DNA of 64,000 nt, taken from a virus. Shown in pieces: positions 48,366 to 57,299 of the stretch (its first letter is position 1; each line of letters opens with the position of its first letter). Under the pieces are notes generated by a model. The model was not told where the DNA came from. It ran no database searches and saw only the letters and a program-made list of their open reading frames with translations. The DNA lies in the IMG/VR virus record IMGVR_UViG_3300033146_004475, positions 4,217 through 68,216 of that record; one strand, given 5' to 3'. The translations under genes and the position numbers were made by a program.

Positions 48366-49397
48366 TTACTCCTCTAATATAGCTAAGGCAGTTATTAAAG
48401 TAAATTTATCAGTATGTAACTTTGCCATTTTTTCATTAACGGTAAGTTTTGTGGAATAGCCTAACATCTCTTTCAAAAAATCAGGATTCATTAGGAATTG
48501 TATTTTTGTTCCTTTATAATCTATTTTTGTTTTGAATTTCAAGGTTCCTGATTCTGTTGATATAGAGACAAGACAAATTTTATTTTTTATTGTTATTTCC
48601 ACGGCTCGTTGATCTTCTGTTACAAAAATAGAAGCTAAATCAGTTCCTTCTACTATATTTTTGGGCATTTTTATGGAATTGCCTTTAAATTTCAAGAAAT
48701 TTGAAAAATCAGGAAACTCTCCCTGTACTTTTCGTATTGAAAATACACATCCTTCTTTATTTTTAAAATGCAACCATGATTTGGAAACATAGTATTTTGT
48801 TGGATTTATTAAGGCCAGGTTTCCAACCTCTGATGATTTAAGAAACATATCATCCATTTCAGAATCTAATTCCGCATGAGCAATTCTTTTATTGTCCGAT
48901 GCTACACAATAATCTTTGTTTACATGAATGCAAGACAGGGTTAATTCCTCTTCATTTTTTGAGGAGGCAAAAGAACACAAAGAAACACATTCCAAAAAAT
49001 TATCAGGCAAACTTTTCCATTTGGCTTTTTTAATATATTTGGAAACTGTGTGTATTCTACTTACTATTTCATCATCCGAAATTGTATTCAAACTGGCTTT
49101 CATTGATTTGGAATTAATGTGTAAACTTTTTTTATCCGTTTGAATACTTATTTTTTTGGCAGTGACTTTACTTATGATGGTAAACAAATCCTTAGCTTTT
49201 ACAAATAATGAAAAATCGGTTTTAAATGGGTACTGAATGGATACAGTATTATTATAAGTGACTATGTAGTTTTTTGAAAAAAAGAAATAAGCCATACTTT
49301 CAATAGAGTTTTGAGTACCTATTCCAACTTTTACTTGTTTTAAGATGTCCAGAAATTCTGTCTTGTTAATGATTTGTTTTTTACTTTCTTTGCTCAT
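48366..49397 (-). CDS. DNA sliding clamp (beta-clamp-like)
   Basis: CVASDNKRI, GEFPD, FLMNPDFL; three-domain length; in replication module. Confidence 0.75.
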   Translation of the reverse strand: MSKESKKQIINKTEFLDILKQVKVGIGTQNSIESMAYFFFSKNYIVTYNNTVSIQYPFKTDFSLFVKAKDLFTIISKVTAKKISIQTDKKSLHINSKSMKASLNTISDDEIVSRIHTVSKYIKKAKWKSLPDNFLECVSLCSFASSKNEEELTLSCIHVNKDYCVASDNKRIAHAELDSEMDDMFLKSSEVGNLALINPTKYYVSKSWLHFKNKEGCVFSIRKVQGEFPDFSNFLKFKGNSIKMPKNIVEGTDLASIFVTEDQRAVEITIKNKICLVSISTESGTLKFKTKIDYKGTKIQFLMNPDFLKEMLGYSTKLTVNEKMAKLHTDKFTLITALAILEE

Positions 49398-49989
49398 TTT
49401 TTTATTCTCCTGTTGTCCCACATTTTAATATCTTCTTTTGTTAAATAATGTCTTTCTTTTCCTTCTTTTGATTTCAAATAATCATCCAATGACATTTTTG
49501 AGTTAATTCCGTGCATAAGCCAAAAGTCCAATGAGTTGATTTGTCAAGAGTATCTAATGGACGATAATATTGTGGATAAGGCCGTATTCCTACACATTCT
49601 CTTGTCCTGTAAGTAAAATTAAAACGAACATATGCCATGATTGCATTGTCCAGAAATTCTGTCTTGTTAATGATTTGTTTTTTACTTTCTTTACTCATTT
49701 TTTTATTCTTCCATTGTTGTCCCACATTTTAATATCTTCTTTTGTTAAATAATGTCTTTCTTTTCCTTCTTTTGATTTCAAATAATCATCCAATGACATT
49801 TTTGAGTTAATTCCGTGCATAAGCCAAACAATGTTTACCAATCCATTGAGTTGATTTGTCAAGAGTATCTAATGGACGATAATATTGTGGATAAGGCCGT
49901 ATTCCTAAATTAGCACATTCTCTTGTCCTGTAATCAGCATCTTGTGGCCTGTCAGTAAAATTAAAAAGAACATATGCCATGATTGCATT
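49347..49989. repeat. Imperfect tandem duplication (about 300 and 340 bp copies) of radical SAM 3' end plus clamp 5' end
   Basis: GTCCAGAAATTCTG...CATGATTGCATT occurs twice; copies differ by short deletions. Confidence 0.9.
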
Positions 49990-50796
49990 AGCCGGAATAC
50001 CTGCTTTTTTTAACATTTTTACTGCTTTTTGGAATATTCCATCTTCTTCAATTCGGTCAAATGCCAACCTCATTCCACTTCTTACATATTTAACTCTTGC
50101 TAATTGTTCTGCCATTTCTTCAGTAATATATTTGCAATCAAATCCATTATCAAAAAGAACTTTCTTTTTTGATTTAACAACAAAGTTAATGACCTCTGTT
50201 ATGTGTTCAAAAGTAACTGCGGATAAATTATTATCAGAAATCATTATATTTGGACGATTATGGTCAATGTGGTCTTTCCATTTATCATTTATCCATCTTT
50301 CTTTCTCGATACGCCAAACACTGCAATATTTACAACGATTAACACACCCCCTGGAAGTAAATACATACGAGAAAGTGTCCCATGGGTCGTCTACCGTGTT
50401 CATCAAATCCTTATGTGGTATGCACTGATCCAGTATTTTTGAATACCCTTTAAAAACATAAACATTTTTAAACTTTTTAAATTGCTCAGGCATTAATGAA
50501 GCGAACACGCCACCTACTAAAATTTTAGTGTTTTGATTAAACAAACCTCTATCATTCAGAACATCAAAAACATGCTTAGAATAGTAGGTAAACAGCGATG
50601 TAACACATATTAAATCAAAAGTATCAGGTATAACACTTCTGGCATAATAATTTTTAATATTTCGTTGTTCCAAGAATGTTTTTATTTTTGCTAATCCTAA
50701 AGGTGGATACTTTCTTAGATATTTAGGTTCGACCAACAATACTTTTGTAGAATTTTCCAACATTTGCAACATCTTAGTTTCATTTACCATTATCAT
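49807..50796 (-). CDS. Radical SAM protein (C-terminus apparently frameshifted)
   Basis: SRGCVNRCKYC CxxxCxxC; YPPLGL and VTSLFTY N-terminal domain. Confidence 0.88.
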   Translation of the reverse strand: MIMVNETKMLQMLENSTKVLLVEPKYLRKYPPLGLAKIKTFLEQRNIKNYYARSVIPDTFDLICVTSLFTYYSKHVFDVLNDRGLFNQNTKILVGGVFASLMPEQFKKFKNVYVFKGYSKILDQCIPHKDLMNTVDDPWDTFSYVFTSRGCVNRCKYCSVWRIEKERWINDKWKDHIDHNRPNIMISDNNLSAVTFEHITEVINFVVKSKKKVLFDNGFDCKYITEEMAEQLARVKYVRSGMRLAFDRIEEDGIFQKAVKMLKKAGIPANAIMAYVLFNFTDRPQDADYRTRECANLGIRPYPQYYRPLDTLDKSTQWIGKHCLAYARN

Positions 50797-50799
50797 GCT

Positions 50800-51558
50800 T
50801 TATTCCTTTAAATAAAGTTTTAATATTGCATAAACACACAAAGGAACTTGACCATTTCCAATTGCATGTATTCTTGCTTTTTGGTTTTTGACTTTTTTTC
50901 TCGGTTTTATCTTTTTTAAATTATGTAAATTCCATTTTGGAATAATTATTTTTTTCAATGGTTTTAAAGATGTCCAGTTCAGAGGCCATCCCATCATAAA
51001 TTCAAACAAAACTGGATTTGTTTTTAAACCGTTAGTGATCATTTTTTTGGCTAATTCTTCTCCGTAAACTTTTGACAATTGTTTTGTAGTAATAGCCCCA
51101 CCAGTTCTAAATCCACCTGCTGCACTAATTGTTGGCAGAATTATTCTTTTGTCCAAATATCCAGACTCTATCCCTTTTATGGATGGCTCCAATATCTTTT
51201 GCTGGTAACACAGTCCATCTTGCATTATACCCGATTTGGGCCAGATCCCCGAATATTTCTTGGATGTAGGGAAAAGTGAGTAATGTTGATACGTTTTCAA
51301 GAAAGAGAAATTTGGGTTGTATGATCCGAATGGTTTCTTTTGTTGTAGGCCACATATTTCTTTCATCTTCTTGAGCTTTACGTAATCCCGAATTGGCATA
51401 GGGTTGGCAGGGCCAGCCCCCTGTGATGATATCAACCATTCCCTTATATGCTTCGGCGTAACCTTCGGATACGAAAGATTTAATATCTCCAAAGATTGGG
51501 CATTTATGCATGAGTCCGTCTTTTTGTCTTTGGATAAGGATTTTTTGACAATCTTCAT
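50800..51558 (-). CDS. C5 cytosine methyltransferase second polypeptide (motifs IX/X) in overlapping frame; true start uncertain
   Basis: NPVLFEFMMGWPLNWT (IX) and RIHAIGNGQVP (X); WPKSGIMQDG in overlap. Confidence 0.7.
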   Translation of the reverse strand: MKIVKKSLSKDKKTDSCINAQSLEILNLSYPKVTPKHIREWLISSQGAGPANPMPIRDYVKLKKMKEICGLQQKKPFGSYNPNFSFLKTYQHYSLFPTSKKYSGIWPKSGIMQDGLCYQQKILEPSIKGIESGYLDKRIILPTISAAGGFRTGGAITTKQLSKVYGEELAKKMITNGLKTNPVLFEFMMGWPLNWTSLKPLKKIIIPKWNLHNLKKIKPRKKVKNQKARIHAIGNGQVPLCVYAILKLYLKE

Positions 51559-51688
51559 TAAATTCCACCATTCCTACTGTTTGAATTTGCATGAATAAGG
51601 CAGTAGCAATAAGACCACCCCCTCCTCCACTAAACAAAGATAATTCTTTTAAGGTTTTCCAATACTCTCTTTGTCTGTTTGATTTCAT
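51125..51688 (-). CDS. C5 cytosine DNA methyltransferase catalytic polypeptide (motifs I-VIII)
   Basis: LSLFSGGGG, GGWPCQ, FLENV, HKRDRVWI. Confidence 0.88.
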   Translation of the reverse strand: MKSNRQREYWKTLKELSLFSGGGGGLIATALFMQIQTVGMVEFNEDCQKILIQRQKDGLMHKCPIFGDIKSFVSEGYAEAYKGMVDIITGGWPCQPYANSGLRKAQEDERNMWPTTKETIRIIQPKFLFLENVSTLLTFPYIQEIFGDLAQIGYNARWTVLPAKDIGAIHKRDRVWIFGQKNNSANN

Positions 51689-51702
51689 GTGTTTCCTTAA
51701 TA

Positions 51703-51735
51703 AATATGGGAATGAGCAATACCCATTCCCATATT
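51703..51735 (-). terminator. Hairpin between genes
   Basis: AATATGGGAATG ... CATTCCCATATT, 12-bp arms. Confidence 0.6.
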
Positions 51736-51762
51736 ATGTATTATAGCTTACTTATTTTGTTT

Positions 51763-52351
51763 CTACTTTAAAGGTTTAATCCGATCTTTGATGGGATTGA
51801 GAACACAGGTTACATTTGAAATTGTACTTTTTGAACAAGTGATACCATACTCCTTCTGAACCCAATCAACAATTTCTGAAGGTTTGGTAATACCCTGGTC
51901 AATAAAAGCTTCAATAATGTGATGGACCACCCCTAGTTTCCTTGGTGTTTTTTCTTTCTTGTCTTTCTTGTCTTTCTTGTCTTTCTTGTCTTTCTTGTCT
52001 TTCTTGTCTTTCTTGTCTTTCTTGTCTTTCTTGTCTTTCTTTCTTTGTTTTTTTGGTAGGTTTTACTTCTTCCTCAGTCTCTTCTTCCTCAGTCTCTTCT
52101 TCCTGGTCATCTTCATCAATAAGATAATCATTGTAAAATGAAACAACTGTATTTGGAAGTTTGTCTTCTTTGTTTAATTCTGTTACCGAAATGATAGCAT
52201 CCACGAAACTTTCCACAACCACTGCTTTTTTGATTCCTACATATTTGATCTTGTCAATGCCACCATCAACAAGAAATTCATTCAGTGCAATGATTGCTTC
52301 TTTCATTTCTTTTCCGGGAATTGCTTGTACTACTTCTTTACTAATGTTCAT
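51763..52351 (-). CDS. Probable DNA-binding protein interrupted by a frameshift at a tandem repeat
   Basis: MNISKEVV... acidic linker; +1 frame reads (KKD)n then GVVHHIIEAFIDQGITKPSEIVDWVQKEYGITCSKSTISNV (HTH-like). Confidence 0.55.
51953..52046. repeat. 9-bp tandem repeat (TCTTTCTTG)n
   Basis: About nine units followed by a short (CTTT)n run. Confidence 0.9.
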
Positions 52352-52405
52352 CTTTTTCTCCTTCTTTAGGGTTAACTTCTTTGTGTTTTTGCAACAATAA
52401 TTGAC

Positions 52406-52434
52406 ACTATAATTGAATTGCATTGAGAAGTCAA
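52406..52434 (-). promoter_or_regulatory. Sigma70-type promoter
   Basis: TTGACT-N17-TATAGT upstream of ATG 52351. Confidence 0.65.
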
Positions 52435-52704
52435 GAGTTTTTTAATAAATTTTTATTAAAATATTATTTTTATTTGTAATGATAACAATATGTTATGGAC
52501 TTTGATATCTTTTAATGGTTTTAAAATAAAGGACCTGTTTTAGTTCCTGGTGCTTTGCCACCAAATATTATATTAGATACTTTTATACGTGTCTTCATAA
52601 ATTGTTCTTGTTTGCTTCGTTTCATAACTTCATATACTCTCTTTAAATTAGCTTGCGTTCACTTACGAGCGTTTTTAGTAATTATGAGTGCTGTGTATTG
52701 TCTT

Positions 52705-53085
52705 TTATTTAAAACTCTTTGTATTGTGAATTAAAGTGAATATGTTTTCAGGTAATATTTTTAATTCTTTCCCCGTTGGTGTAACTTTCACTTTTACGTA
52801 TTTAACCATTTTTTGTTTTTTAAAGAACTTACTTTCAGTATATAGTTTACCATCATAACAAAATCCAAAGCCTGTAATCCAGCCATTTCTTTTATGCTTT
52901 GACTTAATACCATAGCAATCTTCCCATTTATAATCTATTGCTTTTTCATGTGTACTAAGGGATATATCACTAAAGAAGGCTGTTTCTAATGTTTCAATTT
53001 TATTAACTCGTTCTAAGCCATTTCCTATAAATACACACTTCATTCCAATATAAGTAGCCATGTCTTTTTGTTTTGGGTATTTCAT
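52705..53085 (-). CDS. Hypothetical protein
   Basis: AAGGAG RBS. Confidence 0.55.
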   Translation of the reverse strand: MKYPKQKDMATYIGMKCVFIGNGLERVNKIETLETAFFSDISLSTHEKAIDYKWEDCYGIKSKHKRNGWITGFGFCYDGKLYTESKFFKKQKMVKYVKVKVTPTGKELKILPENIFTLIHNTKSFK

Positions 53086-53096
53086 TTAATCTCCTT

Positions 53097-54632
53097 TTAA
53101 AAATAAGGATAATATGAATCAAGATAAGCTTGCCCTGTTTTAAAATCCTGTAAAACAGAACATACTTGCCCAGGAATATATTCAATGTTTCTTGCTTCTG
53201 TTATTCCAAAATTCATAATTCCTTCTTTTTTATCTTTTGGTTCTTGATTAAGTCCTACCATTAAATTCACATGCCGATTCTTACCATAAAAACCTCCTTG
53301 GTGTTCTGCTGTAAGAGTTTTTGCGGAATGTCCGGCCTTATTTGCCTGGGTTGCTGTAATAACCAAAGTATCCAATTTTCCTGCTATTTTTGCAAGTAGT
53401 TTCCATTTTTCATCATCTTGCCTATAATCATCAAAACGAGAACCTATTTCCAAAATATCAATGTAATCAATTATGATTATATCTGGATGCCAGTCCTCTC
53501 TTTTTTCTAAGGTGTCAACATCTCTCATCATCATATCGTAAGTTAACGAATATTTAGGATGTGTAATTGTTCTACCATATTGATTCCACATTTTTTTGTA
53601 TTTTTTGTGTAATTTTCGGACAGCAAAAATATCATCTTTTTCCCTGTTAATTGAACTTTTGTAAGTAGTTTGTTTGTACTTTTTCCTTACTTCTATATTT
53701 TTATGTCCTTTGCATTTAGTACAAACTACATGACTTGGATCTTTTTCTATTTCTACATCATCGTCATCATCGTCACTTTCCCTAACACAAACATTAGATA
53801 ATCTATCTGCACAATTTCCACTTTGATTATGTATACAATCAAATTCTGGAAAATCATACATGCCACTTTCCATATCAGTCATAGGATAAAAAGCTTTGTT
53901 CAGCCTTGGCAACACTTCCGTATCAGTCATTTCAATGGACCAGAAAAGAGTTCTTTTTTTACTTAACACTCCATGTTTGTAATTGTTAATTAAAGTCCAT
54001 GATTTCCCCCGTTTTGCTGGACCATAATAACTTACAACATCTCCTCTTTTTTGATTCCCAAGATATCTGCCCAAATCTCCAGGCAATTTAAAAAAATTCT
54101 TTTCTTCTTCATCCCTTTTTTTATAAATCCTTTCTACTGTTTCAATATCCCCCATGTTGATAATGTGTTGTGAATTTATATCCAAAGAAACTTTTTGAAA
54201 TTTTTCAATTTCTTTTTCAGCAGCTTCTAAATCGCCTTTTTCACTTAAAACAGAAATATTGTTCACTGTAATTTCTAATTCCCGTTTTCTGAAATACTTT
54301 TCAGTCATATCTACATAATACATTCCATCATACATACCATCGTAATAATCTTCTCCAAGTTTGCCTAAAATATCTTCAAGAAATTCTCTTTCTGTATCAT
54401 TCATTTTTATTGTTTTGCTGGTTAAAATATCATCTATTGCCTTATTAGGTGCTTTTTTAAAAGCTTCAAAGTAATTATAACACCAATTGGCAATTACTTT
54501 TAAATGCGTACTACAAAAATAATCAGGATTAAATATGTATCTGATATTTTCTATGAATTTTGCACTTGTAATCATTCCAGTTACAATTCGTTTTTCTTCT
54601 GTGACACGTATTTCTACTCTTGTTAAGGTCAT
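53097..54632 (-). CDS. DnaB/gp41-like replicative helicase with Cys-rich insert
   Basis: GPAKRGKS, SIEM, IIIDYIDIL, TATQAN. Confidence 0.88.
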   Translation of the reverse strand: MTLTRVEIRVTEEKRIVTGMITSAKFIENIRYIFNPDYFCSTHLKVIANWCYNYFEAFKKAPNKAIDDILTSKTIKMNDTEREFLEDILGKLGEDYYDGMYDGMYYVDMTEKYFRKRELEITVNNISVLSEKGDLEAAEKEIEKFQKVSLDINSQHIINMGDIETVERIYKKRDEEEKNFFKLPGDLGRYLGNQKRGDVVSYYGPAKRGKSWTLINNYKHGVLSKKRTLFWSIEMTDTEVLPRLNKAFYPMTDMESGMYDFPEFDCIHNQSGNCADRLSNVCVRESDDDDDDVEIEKDPSHVVCTKCKGHKNIEVRKKYKQTTYKSSINREKDDIFAVRKLHKKYKKMWNQYGRTITHPKYSLTYDMMMRDVDTLEKREDWHPDIIIIDYIDILEIGSRFDDYRQDDEKWKLLAKIAGKLDTLVITATQANKAGHSAKTLTAEHQGGFYGKNRHVNLMVGLNQEPKDKKEGIMNFGITEARNIEYIPGQVCSVLQDFKTGQAYLDSYYPYF

Positions 54633-54657
54633 AAATGTGTCCTTTAATGTTTATTAT

Positions 54658-56085
54658 TCAATCTGCTTCATTTACCTGATTGTTTTTTACCCAAGCCTCC
54701 TTTTCTTTTATGGTTCTTCTTTTCAACAACATTTCTTTTACTTGTGTTTTGATAAATTCATCAAGTCTTGGATCAAGGTGCATGTATTTTAAAGCATCTT
54801 CTTTTCCTTCTCTTTCTATTTTTTCATTAATATACATTGTAAATTTGTTTTTGATCGAATTACTTCTCCGGCCTATGCTTTTATAATCCATATCTTTCTG
54901 TTCTAAGAATCTTCCTATTTTAGCAATAGGACCTTTAAATATTTCTTGATTGTATTTTTTCTTGAAATATGGACCGACATTATATTTTTTTGATTCTTTA
55001 GGAGGGAGATTTTCGTAAGTATTTGCAAGAATTGATAAGTCTTTTTTGTTGTAACCATTTTGACCTTTAAAATCCATAACAACAAAACGGTTAAAATACA
55101 TTTTTGAAATATCATTGTTTAAACCCTTTATACCTGCAAACTGTTCAATGCAATCACAGATTTCTTGAACTGTCCATTGTTTTGTTCGTATTGGGCAATC
55201 TTCATCAACAAGCTTTATGTAAGGATTGCTACCAGGCATTAATAATTCTTCAATCATGTTATTGATTAGTCTTGGACCTTTTGTTGCATTAGCTCTTTTG
55301 TGGGCGTTGCCCCCAAATGATTTCCAAACTTCAATGATCTTGAATGCCTCTTTTGTGTAATTGAATGGGTTTGGCAAATCATTTTTCTTTTTGCAAGATT
55401 CTTTGATCTTGGTTTTTGTCTTGATCTTTTTCTTTTTGCGTAATTTTCTTTTTTTAATTCCCTCAACACCACCATGTCCATTAATGCAAGATGTTCCACT
55501 TGGTGTGTCGAATTGTTCTTGTCCACAAATCTTGCAAACAAGACCGTTAAGATGTTTTTTTAAGGGTTTTTTTGGAAAACCCTCTTTTACGCTAGTAAAA
55601 GTATTTAAACTTGTACTCTTTCTTAATGTACTCTTTCTATATAAAGAACGAGTTAAATTCACTGAACCAGTATCGTGAATTTCACTATACTGTAGATCAT
55701 TGGTTTTTTCAGTATCGTGAATTTCACTATTCTTGTTCTGTAACTCAAGAAAATCGTTAATAAATGATATTGTTTTTGTCCAACTTATTTCATAACAAGT
55801 CCTTCTTGGGAGTCCTTCTTGTGTAACAATTATAAAAGGCAAATCTCGTATTTTGGGTTTTGCTCCTCTTAATTCATTTTCTGTTACTCCAGTTTCTTTC
55901 ATTATATCTTTATCTGTTTTCCAGAATTTGTCATATTTAGAACCCCAATACATTAATTGAGATAAAATTACTCCTGCAACTGTTGATCCTGTAATATCTT
56001 TATATATTCTACGATAAGAAATACTCCTCTTGTGCAATGTTTTAAAAGCCAGAACACCTTTTTGATTTTCTTTAGATATTTCCAT
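54658..56085 (-). CDS. Replication initiator-like protein (N-terminal winged helix)
   Basis: AGVILSQLMYW...FWKTDKDIMKETG...GLPRRTCY; internal direct repeats; upstream of DnaB. Confidence 0.7.
   Translation of the reverse strand: MEISKENQKGVLAFKTLHKRSISYRRIYKDITGSTVAGVILSQLMYWGSKYDKFWKTDKDIMKETGVTENELRGAKPKIRDLPFIIVTQEGLPRRTCYEISWTKTISFINDFLELQNKNSEIHDTEKTNDLQYSEIHDTGSVNLTRSLYRKSTLRKSTSLNTFTSVKEGFPKKPLKKHLNGLVCKICGQEQFDTPSGTSCINGHGGVEGIKKRKLRKKKKIKTKTKIKESCKKKNDLPNPFNYTKEAFKIIEVWKSFGGNAHKRANATKGPRLINNMIEELLMPGSNPYIKLVDEDCPIRTKQWTVQEICDCIEQFAGIKGLNNDISKMYFNRFVVMDFKGQNGYNKKDLSILANTYENLPPKESKKYNVGPYFKKKYNQEIFKGPIAKIGRFLEQKDMDYKSIGRRSNSIKNKFTMYINEKIEREGKEDALKYMHLDPRLDEFIKTQVKEMLLKRRTIKEKEAWVKNNQVNEAD
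55668..55730. repeat. Iteron-like 21-bp direct repeats (putative origin)
   Basis: CAGTATCGTGAATTTCACTAT at 55668-55688 and 55710-55730, each with GTGAA-T-TTCAC palindrome. Confidence 0.6.
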
Positions 56086-56086
56086 T

Positions 56087-56431
56087 TTATTTCTCCTTGT
56101 ACTTATTACAAAATAGATGTAAAGGCTGTGTACTAAAAGAATAACAAATTACTTTATTGAATTTGGATTTTGTGTTTTTATGTTTAGTGATTACTTTTTT
56201 GTCTATTAAGAGTTTAATAGATTTAGAAATTTTATCTTTTTTATACAGATTTAAGATGCCTTCTATAATTTTATCCATTATATATGGTTGAATTGTTTGA
56301 GTTTGATACTTCCCAAAAAATGAAATTAAGGCAGCAGCGCAAATATCTCCATCACAAAAGGCGATTTGCCATTTTCGAATAGTTATGAATCTGTCTTTGG
56401 GGACTTGTGGTAAGCATGTAGTTCTTGACAT
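56087..56431 (-). CDS. Winged-helix initiator-N-like protein
   Basis: FCDGDICAAALISFF...KISKSIKLLIDK. Confidence 0.5.
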   Translation of the reverse strand: MSRTTCLPQVPKDRFITIRKWQIAFCDGDICAAALISFFGKYQTQTIQPYIMDKIIEGILNLYKKDKISKSIKLLIDKKVITKHKNTKSKFNKVICYSFSTQPLHLFCNKYKEK

Positions 56432-56433
56432 GA

Positions 56434-56790
56434 CTATTTCTCCTTAAACAGACTATCTGTATTGTTAAGTAGTTGTTTTTTATTATTTGGAAAATCATTA
56501 TTTTGAAGAAAATCAGCACATATTTTTAAGTGTTTTTTAAATTTAGGAGTGATAGCTGTGTGTGTTATTGGATCACCACAAAACTTTTTGATTTTTGTTT
56601 TTATTAATCCAAGACTTTCTGCTTTTGCTTTTACTCCATTTTTTCCTCTAACTTCATCATAAGTTATAAAACATTCAGAAAACCATTCTCGGTCGGATTT
56701 TGCAATCCAGAATTTAGTTGAATAGGAAGTGTACTCATAGATTTTTTTTAGATATGTAGAAAATAACTGGTTAGGAGATTCATTGGGCAA
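56434..56790 (-). CDS. Winged-helix initiator-N-like protein
   Basis: WIAKSDREWFSECFIT...LGLIKTKIKKFCGDPITH. Confidence 0.5.
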   Translation of the reverse strand: MPNESPNQLFSTYLKKIYEYTSYSTKFWIAKSDREWFSECFITYDEVRGKNGVKAKAESLGLIKTKIKKFCGDPITHTAITPKFKKHLKICADFLQNNDFPNNKKQLLNNTDSLFKEK

Positions 56791-56870
56791 TCAAGACCAT
56801 TAGTAAAAGAGTCTTTTAGTACCTTTCAATTAACCCTATTTTAGTATTGCTCAGTAAGTAACCAACTTAC

Positions 56871-56921
56871 ATCAAAGCTAATATCAAAATATATAATATA
56901 ATATTAGCTTTGATATGTCAA
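56871..56921 (-). promoter_or_regulatory. Promoter overlapped by a 14-bp inverted repeat (operator or terminator)
   Basis: TTGACA-N17-TATTAT (56921-56893); ATCAAAGCTAATAT...ATATTAGCTTTGAT. Confidence 0.7.
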
Positions 56922-56930
56922 TAAAAAGTT

Positions 56931-57215
56931 TCACAAACGAATAATACTGGCAAAAGACCCAACTCCAAGAATAAAACCAAAGTCATACCACCCACCTGTG
57001 TTATATACAGCATATATTGAAACACTATTATTAAATAAGGAACAGAACCAAGATATAACAATTATATATCCATGCCAAAGACCGTGTAAAAATCCTACTG
57101 GTTCTATGAATTGATTAACAGTGTAATAAACTGTATCTGCACACCCACTTAATGCCATTGATAATGCTACTAAAAATAAAACAAAGAATAATTTTTTCAT
57201 ATTTCCCCTTTTCAT
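56931..57215 (-). CDS. Membrane lipoprotein
   Basis: LSGC lipobox; GFLHGLWHG...IYAVYNTGGWYDFGF family motif. Confidence 0.75.
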   Translation of the reverse strand: MKRGNMKKLFFVLFLVALSMALSGCADTVYYTVNQFIEPVGFLHGLWHGYIIVISWFCSLFNNSVSIYAVYNTGGWYDFGFILGVGSFASIIRL

Positions 57216-57299
57216 ATATTTAAGTTATTATTTCGAGTTCCAAGTTTTTCCATTACTTATTTTTTATTTCCTCCTCTAATTCTTCCTCTATTATGCGTT

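Noticed and set aside
49347-49989. Duplication as a DGR TR/VR pair
   Set aside because: Copies differ mainly by deletions, not adenine-specific substitutions
51942-52141. (LSC)n and (FLS)n ORFs on + strand
   Set aside because: Products of the 9-bp tandem repeat read antisense
44989-54632. Inteins or introns in polymerase and helicase
   Set aside because: No C/S...HN splice motifs or homing endonuclease signatures; the DnaB insert is a short Cys-rich segment
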